Below are positions 28,382 to 38,059 of a stretch of DNA of 57,019 nt, piece after piece. The position numbers and the translations under genes were made by a program. Under the pieces are notes generated by a model that was not told the DNA's origin, did not search any database, and worked only from the letters and a program-made list of their open reading frames with translations. The DNA lies in the IMG/VR virus record IMGVR_UViG_3300049004_000112, positions 1 to 57,019 of that record; one strand, 5' to 3'. This DNA comes from a virus (taxonomy: Duplodnaviria > Caudoviricetes). Each line of letters starts with the position of its first letter. Within the stretch, counting starts at the first letter, position 1.

Positions 28382-30411
28382 CAAATTCCCCGGTTCATTT
28401 CCGCAAGTCGCGCCCACGGATCGTCTTTCGGCACTTCGATTGGTATCTCGCCCGTCACCATGTCGGCGCCGCGCTGGAACGCGCGCGGCGTGAACAGGTC
28501 CGGCGTGCGCAAATCTTCCGGAATGCCGCGCTCGGCGGCGAGCCGGGCCCAATCGTCCGAGGTGAAACTTGCAAAATACGCATCGAGCGACGCCATGTTG
28601 TAGATGCGGCAATCCAGCCAGTGATTGTCGGCGCCGGCGCGCACGGTCCATACCTGCAGCTTGCGTTTCTTCTTGCCCTTGCCGGTCTTTTCGTCGGCAA
28701 GGAATTCCGACGTGATCTGCTTGAAGTAGGCTTCGTCCTGAAAGTTTCCGAAGTGGCAGTAACCCATCGGATAAACCAGGCTGGAGCCTTCCGCTTTCGC
28801 CACAAGCGCCAGATACGTGTAGAACGTGCTCTTCAGCGGCCAAGTGCCGACGAAGCGGACGGTGGCACCGCCCTTCATCACCTTGCCGCGGTAATCGATA
28901 TCCTGTGGCGCTGCGGCGCTGAGTGGCGGGCGGCCCCATCCGTCGCGACCAATCACCGCCTGCGTGCCGGCGTGCAACCGCGTCCACGTCTTGACCGCGC
29001 CGGCGTTGTAGTTGGAATCGACCGAGAACGTATCGGGGCGTCGCAGCTGGCCATAAGCATCGGGCCAGGACCTGTGATACAGCTTCGTCAACTCGAGGAA
29101 TGCGCCGCCGTCGTGATCCGTGGTGGCACCGTCGATATAGCCGTAGTCGACAACCCAGCTTTCGCGGTTCGGCGCGACGGCCAGACCTTCCCAATAGATG
29201 CCGCGCTTCTGAACGTCGGCGGCGATCGCGTACAGCAGCGCGCCCGGCGGAATGTGGCCGCGCCGATAGTCCTCGCGGCGCTCGAACAGCCGCATATGGT
29301 CCGGCGCATCGCCGCGGAAGCGGTAGGCGAGCCCCATTTTCAGGGTCGAGTAGTCTTTTTTCGCGGTCTCGCTCTTGCGGGAGCCGAGCCAATCTTCCGC
29401 GAGCGCCTCATACGACATCATCAGCGAGATGAAGGCGTCGATATGGAAGCCCGGCTGGCGCCTCAGGTCATCGAGAACGCTCGCGATCCACTTTCCGGCG
29501 CGAACCGCGTCGACGCGCTCGGTTTCGGTGACGTTATGGCCGCAGTCGCAGCGATAGACCGAGCGATGCGGGTGCTTTTCGTCGATCAGGAAGTTATCGA
29601 AGCGATGCACGAACAGTTTTACGCATTCCGGGCACAGACAATTCCAAAACCGCTGGTCCGAGCGCTCGAATTTCAGCGTGATGCGACAATGGCCTTCGGT
29701 ATCGCCGCTCGGATCGCCGGTGTCGACTTCCGGCGTCGAGATATTCAGGATCTTGAAGTTCTTGCGGCGCCGGAACGCCGTGAAGCGGCCCTTGAACAGC
29801 GTATCCGGATCGCCGAAGCCCGGAATGTTCTGCCATTTGGAGAATTCGTCGCGAATTCCCTTCTTGGCGGTCTTGCCGCTCATGTCCATCACGGAATGCG
29901 CGTTTGCGAGCCACAGCCGGCCGCCGGCGAACACCTTTTCCGTCGTGGTCGAGCCCGCCATCTGGCGGGCCAGCGGATAGATCACCGGCGGTTTGTTGCC
30001 GCCGATGCCGTCGCGCCTGGTGTGCTTCTGCCAGGCATCGATCAGCGGCTGCAGCTTGGCGTTGTTGATATCCCGAAGAAACTCGATGCCGGGGCAGGCG
30101 TACAGCGTATTGGCCGGCTCGCAGTCGGCGATGAACAGTCCCCACGCCAGCGCCAGGATCGACGCGCCGGATTGCTCCGATTTCCGGATACTGACCTCTG
30201 TGCAGGGATGATCGTCACCCAGACACTCGGCAATCTCGCGCAGGTAGGGCGCGCCGTCGGCGCTCCAGAGCTCTCCCGCGTTCGGCCCGTCGATCAGCTT
30301 GATGTTTTTTGGCAACCACTCGACGAAACTGATCTGTTCCCGCGGCGACAGCGACGCATCGAATACCGACGCGGTCCTGTCATACGCCGTTTGCTTGAAC
30401 TGGATCGTCAT
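28381..30411 (-). CDS. Terminase large subunit (lambda gpA family)
   Basis: APYLREI, KSEQSGAS (Walker A-like), DE, ISTP, ADVQ, NHWLDC motifs. Confidence 0.95.
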   Translation of the reverse strand: MTIQFKQTAYDRTASVFDASLSPREQISFVEWLPKNIKLIDGPNAGELWSADGAPYLREIAECLGDDHPCTEVSIRKSEQSGASILALAWGLFIADCEPANTLYACPGIEFLRDINNAKLQPLIDAWQKHTRRDGIGGNKPPVIYPLARQMAGSTTTEKVFAGGRLWLANAHSVMDMSGKTAKKGIRDEFSKWQNIPGFGDPDTLFKGRFTAFRRRKNFKILNISTPEVDTGDPSGDTEGHCRITLKFERSDQRFWNCLCPECVKLFVHRFDNFLIDEKHPHRSVYRCDCGHNVTETERVDAVRAGKWIASVLDDLRRQPGFHIDAFISLMMSYEALAEDWLGSRKSETAKKDYSTLKMGLAYRFRGDAPDHMRLFERREDYRRGHIPPGALLYAIAADVQKRGIYWEGLAVAPNRESWVVDYGYIDGATTDHDGGAFLELTKLYHRSWPDAYGQLRRPDTFSVDSNYNAGAVKTWTRLHAGTQAVIGRDGWGRPPLSAAAPQDIDYRGKVMKGGATVRFVGTWPLKSTFYTYLALVAKAEGSSLVYPMGYCHFGNFQDEAYFKQITSEFLADEKTGKGKKKRKLQVWTVRAGADNHWLDCRIYNMASLDAYFASFTSDDWARLAAERGIPEDLRTPDLFTPRAFQRGADMVTGEIPIEVPKDDPWARLAEMNRGI

Positions 30412-31048
30412 CTGGCAGCAAATCGGCCTGCAGCATTGGTAGCCCGCTCGCGGCGGAGGCCGCGCGTGCGCGCGCAGCGATGGCCATATCCTTCATTGCG
30501 GTGACGATCGCGATCCGCTGCGCCCTCGCGATCCGCTTCAGCGCCGCGCGCATGCCGTTCTCGCCTTCCTTGACCGCAATCGCGGTCAATTCGGAATCCC
30601 GCGCCAGCAACCCGTCGACAATATCGCCGATGCGGCTGGCGGCATCTTCGGCCAAGGGATCGAAGTCGGCGACGGCGAGCAGGTTGCCCCGCGCGCGCTC
30701 GAGCTCGATGAACTTCAGGTCCGCCGCATAGGCCTTGTCGCGGGTCTGTTCGTCGCGAAGCCTGCCGTCCGGCGGTAACTTCGGAGCGTCGGTAGCGCCG
30801 GGCCTATCAGCGGCCTTGGTCGCTGCGCCCTGCTCCCTCGCCCCGTCGCCAACAGCGCCGATCGCCGTGTCGTACTCCGCGAGATTGATCAGCTTCTGCT
30901 TGCCCGCGCCGGGCTTGACCGTCAGGCGCCCGGCTTCGACCAGCCTTCCGACCTTTTCCGAGATGGTTGACTTGCCGACGCCCTTTTTCGCCGCCAATTC
31001 CGTGACCGAAAGCCACAGCCCATCGTCAAGTTCGGTGTGTTCGGCCAT
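30380..31048 (-). CDS. Terminase small subunit (Nu1-like)
   Basis: N-terminal HTH (SVTELAAKKGVGKSTIS); LERARGNLL coiled coil; lies upstream of terL. Confidence 0.8.
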   Translation of the reverse strand: MAEHTELDDGLWLSVTELAAKKGVGKSTISEKVGRLVEAGRLTVKPGAGKQKLINLAEYDTAIGAVGDGAREQGAATKAADRPGATDAPKLPPDGRLRDEQTRDKAYAADLKFIELERARGNLLAVADFDPLAEDAASRIGDIVDGLLARDSELTAIAVKEGENGMRAALKRIARAQRIAIVTAMKDMAIAARARAASAASGLPMLQADLLPDDDPVQANGV

Positions 31049-31076
31049 GTCCTGTTCGGGTGTTCGGCGTGTTCGG
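31030..31076. repeat. Five GTTCGG direct repeats next to cos (possible cosB-like TerS sites)
   Basis: GTTCGG starting at 31030, 31039, 31054, 31062, 31071. Confidence 0.55.
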
Positions 31077-31113
31077 TCAGTTTCGAAACCCGTCCAACTG
31101 GAAAACCCCGGCG

Positions 31114-31153
31114 AGCATTTATGCCCGTGGGTGAAAGTCGCCGGGAAGGACCC
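31114..31153 (-). other. Lambda-like cos site (cosQ GGGTCCT at 31153-31147; cosN with 12-nt GGCATAAATGCT at 31125-31114)
   Basis: Minus strand CGGGTCCTTCCCGG...ACG|GGCATAAATGCT|CGCCGGGGTTTTC parallels lambda CGGGTCCTTTCCGG...ACG|GGGCGGCGACCT|CGCGGGTTTTC. Confidence 0.8.
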
Positions 31154-31180
31154 GCTCCGGTTCCACGTGTGACCCTCCGG

Positions 31181-31756
31181 TCAGTAGCCCCGGAGGGTGT
31201 CGTTAATGGCCCGCTCGACCTGAGCCGGCAGATCAGTCATCACAAGCGCGTCGAAGGCGGCAAGCGTCCGGCCCTGCAGCATCTCGACCGGGATGTAGAC
31301 GCCGCTGCGGCCGCCCTCGATCGGCAACCGGCCCTTGCCCCTGCGCACGAAGACATTGCCGTCCATGCCTTTGCCCTTGCCGCGGCTATCGAAGCGCACG
31401 CGGTTGGGAAAGCGTCCGGCCTTCATGAAGGTGTGGGGTACAACGATCCGCTTGCCGAGCGGCGCGGCGCTGACACCCGCGCGCGTCTCGCGCGCCTTGA
31501 AGAAGCGCAGGTTGATATTGCCGCCCCGGGTCTTGAGGGCAAAGCTTAAGCTGCGCTCGCTGGCGCGATAGGACTTCACCGCGCGCTTGATAGTCTTGCG
31601 CGGCAGCCCGGTCTGATCCGTCAGCGCCCGCACCACTTGGGTGACTGCCTTGGCGCCGGTGCGGTTGAGCGCACGCATCGCCACCTTGGGCATCGCCCGG
31701 CGAAGATTGACCAGCCGCTCGATCTGCTCGATGTTGAGCGAGCGGGTTAAATTCAT
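31181..31756 (-). CDS. Lambda gpZ-like minor tail protein
   Basis: RALNRT...basic protein...VFVRRGKGRLPI. Confidence 0.7.
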   Translation of the reverse strand: MNLTRSLNIEQIERLVNLRRAMPKVAMRALNRTGAKAVTQVVRALTDQTGLPRKTIKRAVKSYRASERSLSFALKTRGGNINLRFFKARETRAGVSAAPLGKRIVVPHTFMKAGRFPNRVRFDSRGKGKGMDGNVFVRRGKGRLPIEGGRSGVYIPVEMLQGRTLAAFDALVMTDLPAQVERAINDTLRGY

Positions 31757-31983
31757 CGGCGTAGACCGCGACCTGTGGTCATGCGCAGCAACGATAACCG
31801 TGAGCGCGCCTCAAAAGCCGCGTCCTCAATCAGGCTGCGAGCGACGAAACGAAGGTCCTCACGGGCCGGGCCGGAATCACCACGCCCGACAGCCGATGCG
31901 GCGTGCTTCAAGGCAACCTTGCGTTCAGCGCATCGGCACATCGAGGAAAAATCCGAAAAATGGGCCGATTGCGCGGAGGGCAT
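31753..31983 (-). CDS. Small hypothetical protein
   Basis: Stop overlaps the gpZ-like start (ATGA); true start uncertain. Confidence 0.35.
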   Translation of the reverse strand: MPSAQSAHFSDFSSMCRCAERKVALKHAASAVGRGDSGPAREDLRFVARSLIEDAAFEARSRLSLLRMTTGRGLRR

Positions 31984-32072
31984 CCAAACAAGCGGCCCGA
32001 AGTCAAAGGGAGGAAACGCCCAAGGAGGGCAGCGATAGCGCCAAGGCGCTACCGCATACCCTTATGCAAACG

Positions 32073-32106
32073 AAAACGCCCGACAGGTCGGAGCCTGCCG
32101 GGCGTT
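32073..32106 (-). terminator. Intrinsic terminator in the late leader
   Basis: AACGCCCGGCAGG...CCTGTCGGGCGTTTT stem with U tract on the minus strand. Confidence 0.65.
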
Positions 32107-32127
32107 CCAATCCAATATGGAATTCGT

Positions 32128-32451
32128 TTAGGCCGCCAAGGTGCGGACGCGTCCGGACCTCCAGCCGGACAGTGCCGTAGGACGCACGGCGGAGCGGGAT
32201 GCGCGTTCCTTCACGGCCATGGGCCGGAACGCGGGGAAGCTGGATGCAACGCGATCTTCCTTGCCCATCGGCAAGAGAAATGCCGGCTTCTGATAGTCGG
32301 CAAGCGAGATCACAATCACGTTGTCGTAGGGCGATGCGGCGGTGCCGCCGCTGTCGAAGTAGGAAGCCGGCGCCGTGGTCGAGAGGGTCATGCTGCACAA
32401 GACGGCAGCGATGCCCATCACGAGGAAGCGCAGGCTATAGCCGTAGCCCAT
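32128..32451 (-). CDS. Hypothetical protein with hydrophobic N-terminus
   Basis: AGGAG RBS before ATG 32451; LRFLVMGIAAVLCSM. Confidence 0.45.
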   Translation of the reverse strand: MGYGYSLRFLVMGIAAVLCSMTLSTTAPASYFDSGGTAASPYDNVIVISLADYQKPAFLLPMGKEDRVASSFPAFRPMAVKERASRSAVRPTALSGWRSGRVRTLAA

Positions 32452-32509
32452 TGGGTTGCTCCTGAGTTTTGCGGGAATGCGGCAAAAGCCGCTCACACCC
32501 TACACATGC

Positions 32510-32538
32510 AAAAGCCCCGGACGATAGCCCGGGGCTTT
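32510..32538 (-). terminator. Intrinsic (possibly bidirectional) terminator downstream of the NusG-like gene
   Basis: AAAAGCCCCGG-acgatagc-CCGGGGCTTT. Confidence 0.75.
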
Positions 32539-32623
32539 GGGTACAGTGAGGGCTGCGTGAAGCGAGGGGTGTTTCCCGCTCCGGTCCGCCAGTCCGTTCC
32601 TCTTACTCCCTTGCGGGCGAGTA

Positions 32624-33301
32624 CTAGGCGGCTAATTGCAACGCATTACGCAGTGTCTGATTCCGTCCCTCTTCGTCAAGGGTCAATAAGCAGTCTTGAA
32701 AGGCCGACCATGGCCTGCAGGCGACGACTTCGTTATTGCGCTCCCATTGGGCTCGCTGTAACTCATAGGCCCGCTTCTCTTTTTTGGTCCATCGGCCTTT
32801 CTTCTTAGGCGGCGCGATTTCTTCAGGGATCATCACCGCAGGCAGCGGCCGCTTCCCGTTCTCCACAGCTCTGATCTCATCAACCATGGCGTCGCTGATT
32901 ACGGCTGGCCGTTTACCTCTGACAGTTTCCACGTACATGATCCGCGAGACACCTGGCACGCTCTGGATTCTGCGCTGGTGCGCCATGATGTCCCAAACGA
33001 AAATAAAGATGTAGCTGCGGAACATCAGCCGCGTCACGTCTATCTTCCGCCCGCGGCGCAAGATGGTCTCTTCGATTTCCGGCACCATGATGCCAAAGCG
33101 CCGAGCAACAAGATGAGCGGCCGCTGTCCGCTCGCTGTTCGGATGGGTTTCTACAACATGCCATTGCGGCACGGCGCCCGGCATGATCTCCGCCAGCCTT
33201 GTATTGACCGGCGAATAATCCACGATGTCGCCGATGGCAAGATCGCCCGCAAGCGCCGCTCTCACCTGTTCCAGATTTCCCTTGCTCGCTGCCATCAGCA
33301 T
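32624..33301 (-). CDS. NusG/RfaH-family transcription antiterminator (late regulator position)
   Basis: WHVVETHPNSE...RLMFRSYIFI...IQSVPGVSRIM NGN domain; degenerate KOW region. Confidence 0.85.
   Translation of the reverse strand: MLMAASKGNLEQVRAALAGDLAIGDIVDYSPVNTRLAEIMPGAVPQWHVVETHPNSERTAAAHLVARRFGIMVPEIEETILRRGRKIDVTRLMFRSYIFIFVWDIMAHQRRIQSVPGVSRIMYVETVRGKRPAVISDAMVDEIRAVENGKRPLPAVMIPEEIAPPKKKGRWTKKEKRAYELQRAQWERNNEVVACRPWSAFQDCLLTLDEEGRNQTLRNALQLAA
32652..32680 (-). promoter_or_regulatory. Putative late promoter
   Basis: CTTGAC-N17-GACACT with GAATC (GANTC) in the spacer. Confidence 0.5.
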
Positions 33302-33320
33302 CTTCCCTCACCTCTCCTGT

Positions 33321-34514
33321 TCACTTGAAGTCTTCCTGCAAATCCTGTTCGCTCATCAGCGTTTCCGGCGGTCCGGTATCGGCTGAGTAGATTTTGCCGT
33401 CGACCGATGGCGGCCATGGCCAGGGCGCGCGGGATCCTTCGCGCAACCGGTGACGCATTTGCACCACGACGAATTCGCGGAGCATCCCTTCCCATGCGCC
33501 GGCCTGTTGATGCGACAAGGTCACCCAGTCGGTTGCGGCGGCCGCTTGAGCCAGCGCCGCAAGCTGTGGCGTCATCGCTTTCGGATAATGGATTATCCCT
33601 TCGCCGCGGCGATGGACTTGGCGCAGGAAATCGAGTTTGCCCGCGATCTCGTGCAACACGATGATAGCCTTGGCTTCGACGCTGTCAGGCGCATAGGCCA
33701 GCACCGCAGAGGAAGTCGAAGCGGCCTGTTCAAGCAACGTCCAGCGTTTTTGCCCAAGGTAATTGAAGCCCGCCGGCGGATGGGTCTTTTTGAGCCGCTT
33801 CTGATTTTCCAGAAACGGCGTGATGCCGGCTATCGCCGCCTCGCCTTCATCCATCGTTAGCGCGAACCATGCATTATCGACACGCGTCTGATCATCGGCT
33901 GCGTTCGTTGGCCAGCGCCGTTTGAACTCGGACAGGTGAAGGGCGTGTTTTTCCTTCGCGCGCTCGTGCTCTCTCTCAACTTTTTGGGTAGAATCCGTCC
34001 TTGGTAAATCATTGTTTTGTATACTTATATTAGCCACCGACGGGTTACCCGGCGACGGGTCAACCAGCGACGGGTGACCGCCTATCCAGAGCGGATTTCT
34101 AGTAGGTGGTTCGGGGTCTCCCGGGACGTCTTCGGAGCGCGTAACTGAGGCCTCGAACTCGTCAGACGCAGCCTCGCCGGACACCAGCGATAAAGCCCGC
34201 CTGACCTCTTCGTCGGTCAGCGTCGCCCCGGGCTCATCCCGGATTTCGTAAATGAAGTGGAATGTGCCGTTGGCCAGCCGTGTCTTTTCTGGTTGGCACC
34301 AGCCGTATCGCACCAGGCTGGAGATGACGCGCTTGATGGCATCGCGCCCCATGTTCCAGCGCCGCATAAGCGCCGGCCGGCGAACCTCCCAATCATGCGG
34401 GCGCGACAACAAATACGCCAAAATCCCGACCTCATCGGCGGCCAGCCGTTCGTCTTCGAACAGCACGTTGCCGATGGTCGTGAAGTTGGCGGTATGGCGG
34501 CGGCGGATGATCAT
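33321..34514 (-). CDS. Replication initiator (wHTH, lambda O-like)
   Basis: NFTTIGN....DERL....GILAYLLSRPHDW; internal iterons. Confidence 0.75.
   Translation of the reverse strand: MIIRRRHTANFTTIGNVLFEDERLAADEVGILAYLLSRPHDWEVRRPALMRRWNMGRDAIKRVISSLVRYGWCQPEKTRLANGTFHFIYEIRDEPGATLTDEEVRRALSLVSGEAASDEFEASVTRSEDVPGDPEPPTRNPLWIGGHPSLVDPSPGNPSVANISIQNNDLPRTDSTQKVEREHERAKEKHALHLSEFKRRWPTNAADDQTRVDNAWFALTMDEGEAAIAGITPFLENQKRLKKTHPPAGFNYLGQKRWTLLEQAASTSSAVLAYAPDSVEAKAIIVLHEIAGKLDFLRQVHRRGEGIIHYPKAMTPQLAALAQAAAATDWVTLSHQQAGAWEGMLREFVVVQMRHRLREGSRAPWPWPPSVDGKIYSADTGPPETLMSEQDLQEDFK
34001..34075. promoter_or_regulatory. Putative replication origin: AT-rich tract plus three CGACGGGT iterons
   Basis: CGACGGGT at 34038, 34053, 34068 (15-bp period) beside AT-rich 34001-34032. 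Confidence 0.65.
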
Positions 34515-34876
34515 GCTTCAGTCGCGGCCTTCGGTTCGATCTGCTGGCTTTCGCAATGGTCGAGGTGCAGCGTGATGGCGTCCGCAACGACGGCGCCGAT
34601 CTTCTCGGAGTTGGCCAGACAGAACGCCGCGAGCTGCGCGGCGATGTGCGAGGGCACAAAGACCGCGACGCCGTCCCGACCGAAGCCGGAGAGTGCCCCC
34701 CCCGTCGAAACGCTATTGACCTCGCCACGCTCCACCAACGATCCCATCAGCCGGTTGGCGTTGTTCGGATTGCAGCCGAGCGCTGTCGCGAGCGACCGGC
34801 GCGAAGGCATCACGCCGTGCATCGCGACGTGCGCCGTGATGGCCTGCAGCGCGTCTTTCATTCGTTGCGTGAGCAT
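34511..34876 (-). CDS. LexA-like wHTH DNA-binding protein (no peptidase domain)
   Basis: LTQRMKDAL..I......GVMPSRRSLATALG......RL...LVERG; AAGGAG RBS. Confidence 0.7.
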   Translation of the reverse strand: MLTQRMKDALQAITAHVAMHGVMPSRRSLATALGCNPNNANRLMGSLVERGEVNSVSTGGALSGFGRDGVAVFVPSHIAAQLAAFCLANSEKIGAVVADAITLHLDHCESQQIEPKAATEA

Positions 34877-34999
34877 TTTCAGCGGCTCCTTAAGCCTGTG
34901 GACAACTCGCATAACGGGGACAACCGCACCCCAAAACACCCTTGCGAGGCGACGAGGGGACGGCCGTGTGAGAGGATGGGACTGTGGAAAAGCCTGCGG

Positions 35000-36865
35000 T
35001 CATGAGCGGCCCCGAAGCATGGACAGCACGCCTTCCATATGCTGCTTGGCGGCATCCTTGGCGTCGCGGCGGTCGTCGTCAGTCTCGCCCTTGTCCTGCA
35101 TCAAGCCCGTGAACTGGCTGGCCTTGAGATTGAGCGTCATCATGACGAAGGGATCAGTGCCAAGATCGGTGACGAGGTAATAGGCCAGCACGCTGTCGCG
35201 CTGCCCCATGCGATGGGCGCGATCTTCCGCCTGGCGATGCACGGCCGGCGACCAATCCAGTTCGGCAAACACCACGACGCGGGCGCGCTTCTGCAAGCCG
35301 TCAATGCCCGTGGCGGTGCGCAGCGAGATCAGGCAGAGGTTGGTTTCGCCGGCGGCGAAGGCGGTGACTGCGTCATCCTTTTGCGTTTTGTCCTGACGGC
35401 CGGTGATGCAGACCGGCTTGAACTCTTCCAGCGCCTCGAGGATGCCATCGGTCACGGCGTGATGGTGCAGGAAGCACAGCGTCGGCTCTTCGGCCTCCAA
35501 TAGCCCGCGCAAGAATGCGATCACGGCCGGCAGTTTCGCCAGCGCCGTGGCGCGACGCGTCTGGCGGATTGCCTCCGCCTCCATCCGGGCGCGGTCGAAG
35601 GGGTCGTTGATTTCCGCCGCGCGGCGCGCGAGCTCGGCGGCTTCCTTGACCATGTCGGCGAAAATGCCGGCGTCGCCTGCGATCGGCTCGATGACACGGC
35701 GCTTTGCCGGTAGCTCGAGCTGCACCTCATCCTTGCGCCGGCGCAGCATCAGGCGCCGGTCGCGGAGATACTCCCCGAGCACTGCGGGATCCTGCACAAC
35801 CAGCTTGTTGCCGGCATAAGCGCACCAATCCCGCTCAAAGGCAGCGCGCGTGCCGAGACTGCCCCGGCAGAGCGTGTTCATGACGGTGTGCATTTCGGTG
35901 CCGTGGTTGTAGATCGGTGTTCCGGACAGCCCTGCGACGTTGTCAGCCGCCTTGGCCACGGCCGTGCACGCTTCATGCTTGCGGGTGTTCGGATGCCGCA
36001 GTTCCTGACATTCGTCGAAGATCACGGTCTTGACGCCGCGCTCGATCAGGAATTCCGACCACGCGTGCAGCACGAGATAGTGCACGATGTAGACGTCTGC
36101 CGCGGGCGTCGAGTTGAAGCACTTGGCGCCGTTGAGCGATTGCACCCGAAGGCCTTCCCCGAATTCGTCGCCGAACTCGCGCACCCGCATGAATTCGATG
36201 ATCTTCTTTTCCCAATGCCGTTGGACGTGCGACTGCACGATGATCGCGGCGGGATAGGATGAAATCCGGTCAAGGAAGCCGAAGGCCTGTACCGTCTTGC
36301 CGAGCCCCATGTCATCGGCCAAAAGCCCCTTCCGGACCGCGCACAGGAAGGCAACACCCTCGGTCTGGAACGGCAGCAGCCGGCCGCGAAAATACTTGCC
36401 CGCCGCGGTGTCCGCCGGAACGGACGCCGCGATATGGCGCTCGGCCACCAGCTGCCGGTACATCCGGTCGAACATCGCTTGCGCGGCTTCGGTCATCTTG
36501 AGCGGGAAGCGATGCAGGAGCAGCAGCAGTTCGTCGAATGAGCCGAGCGTCGCCGGAAACGAGATGGAATTGACCTTGCCGTCAGTAGCGTTGGAATCCG
36601 CACCGAACAGTTTTTTGGCCATGATGATGGCGTGCGCGGAACCGGTGATCCTCCAGCGCGGCCAGGCTGGCGACTTCGGATCGTCCGGCTCGGAATAATC
36701 CAGCATCCCTACTGCGCCTTCCAGCGGCGGGCGCGTCAGGACGGTCGGCAGGGACACGGCTGCGCCATCGTCGCGCCACGCCAGATCGAGCGCGGCCTTG
36801 ATCAGCGGCGAGTTCCAGAACTCCCCGTCATCGTCAGGCGCTTCTGTTGGCACGAGCGCGTTCAC
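35000..36865 (-). CDS. SNF2-family helicase
   Basis: LLADDMGLGKT, DECQ, LSGTP, LRRRK, QAEDRAHRMGQ; GTGA start overlap. Confidence 0.92.
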   Translation of the reverse strand: MNALVPTEAPDDDGEFWNSPLIKAALDLAWRDDGAAVSLPTVLTRPPLEGAVGMLDYSEPDDPKSPAWPRWRITGSAHAIIMAKKLFGADSNATDGKVNSISFPATLGSFDELLLLLHRFPLKMTEAAQAMFDRMYRQLVAERHIAASVPADTAAGKYFRGRLLPFQTEGVAFLCAVRKGLLADDMGLGKTVQAFGFLDRISSYPAAIIVQSHVQRHWEKKIIEFMRVREFGDEFGEGLRVQSLNGAKCFNSTPAADVYIVHYLVLHAWSEFLIERGVKTVIFDECQELRHPNTRKHEACTAVAKAADNVAGLSGTPIYNHGTEMHTVMNTLCRGSLGTRAAFERDWCAYAGNKLVVQDPAVLGEYLRDRRLMLRRRKDEVQLELPAKRRVIEPIAGDAGIFADMVKEAAELARRAAEINDPFDRARMEAEAIRQTRRATALAKLPAVIAFLRGLLEAEEPTLCFLHHHAVTDGILEALEEFKPVCITGRQDKTQKDDAVTAFAAGETNLCLISLRTATGIDGLQKRARVVVFAELDWSPAVHRQAEDRAHRMGQRDSVLAYYLVTDLGTDPFVMMTLNLKASQFTGLMQDKGETDDDRRDAKDAAKQHMEGVLSMLRGRS

Positions 36866-37305
36866 TTTTCGATTAACCCCATCTCCCGGCGCGCGCTTTG
36901 CTGGCCTTGCTCGAAGCTTTGCATCATGGCGCGAAGCATCAGCTCGCGGTCGTTCGAAAGTCCGGCATAGAGACCTATTGGTTCCTGTTTGTGAATCGCC
37001 TGCCCAGGGCAGAACTCCCCGTCCTTGCGGACTACCCATCGGCGCGCTGCCCAATACCGGTTGCGGTCGCGGTCGAAATGCGGTTCGAAATTCATCGCAT
37101 GACGCCATGCCGTCGCCGACGAATTGAACACGAAGGCATGTTCAATATCGGTGGACCAAACCCCTTCCGTCACCTGGAACGGCACGGTCTTGGCGTCGTC
37201 ATGGAATCGAAACGGGGAATCCACGATCTGGATCTGTCCCGTGAACACGCCGCGGTCTTTGAGGAAGACGTCACGCTCGACGATGATGTAGCCCGTGGCC
37301 ATCAC
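36862..37305 (-). CDS. Hypothetical protein
   Basis: Translationally coupled on both sides. Confidence 0.6.
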   Translation of the reverse strand: MMATGYIIVERDVFLKDRGVFTGQIQIVDSPFRFHDDAKTVPFQVTEGVWSTDIEHAFVFNSSATAWRHAMNFEPHFDRDRNRYWAARRWVVRKDGEFCPGQAIHKQEPIGLYAGLSNDRELMLRAMMQSFEQGQQSARREMGLIEK

Positions 37306-37592
37306 AGCATCCCCAGCGCCTGCATATACGTCTCCAGGATGGTTTCCTGCTCTTGCCGCTCATTGGCGTCCTGTTTGCGCAGGCGCACGATGGTACGCAG
37401 CGCCTTGACGTCGAAGCCATTGCCTTTCGCTTCGGCGTAGACGTCCTTGATGTCATCGGCGATGGTCTTTTTCTCTTCCTCCAATCGCTCGACGCGCTCG
37501 ATGATGGATTTGAGTTGATCCTTGGCGAAGCGGGTTGCGGGCTGTTCGGCAGGCTTGCTGTCAATGCCGGTATTGCTGGCGTGCGGCTGCAT
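37302..37592 (-). CDS. gapR: GapR / DUF2312 nucleoid-associated protein
   Basis: [53 protein letters not shown]...[10 protein letters not shown]. Confidence 0.93.
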   Translation of the reverse strand: MQPHASNTGIDSKPAEQPATRFAKDQLKSIIERVERLEEEKKTIADDIKDVYAEAKGNGFDVKALRTIVRLRKQDANERQEQETILETYMQALGML

Positions 37593-37651
37593 TGAGCCTC
37601 TCCATAGGTTTTTCGAATTTTGGGGACGCAACAGGACGCAACGAACAGGAA

Positions 37652-38059
37652 CTAGCGCGGCTCGAATTTCCAGCCTGCTTTCTGGATCGCTTGCACGATC
37701 AGCGTGACGACGCGATCTTCCGGGCCGTGAAGCCGCCCGGGCGTCCATCGCACTAGCGAGAGCGCAATCGCGATGGCTTCAGCAGGCTCAACCAGTGGAC
37801 CAGCGGAGGGCTTGCGGGCATCAACGGCGGCTTGATCGATGGTGAGATGGGAACGCTGAAAATTGCCGAGCGGAGGTGCTTTAGCATCGGACATCACAAC
37901 GGCTGCGTTGCTCTTTAAAACGTCCAATGCTGGCTGGAACCTCGGATCAGAGACTATTAGCTGACCTTCGTTGAAGGCGATCAGCAATTGCCCAAGATAG
38001 AGCACCGCGGCGTCTCGCGCAGTCTCAGGGTAGCTGAGCTTGACGATCGCTTCAGGCAC
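37652..38059 (-). CDS. Hypothetical protein
   Basis: 135-aa ORF within the operon. Confidence 0.55.
   Translation of the reverse strand: MPEAIVKLSYPETARDAAVLYLGQLLIAFNEGQLIVSDPRFQPALDVLKSNAAVVMSDAKAPPLGNFQRSHLTIDQAAVDARKPSAGPLVEPAEAIAIALSLVRWTPGRLHGPEDRVVTLIVQAIQKAGWKFEPR

Noticed and set aside
28342-30504. Long plus-strand ORFs (also 8057-9394, 16532-18109, 17728-19116, 46570-47979)
   Set aside because: Antisense shadows of well-supported genes, expected in high-GC DNA; no motifs
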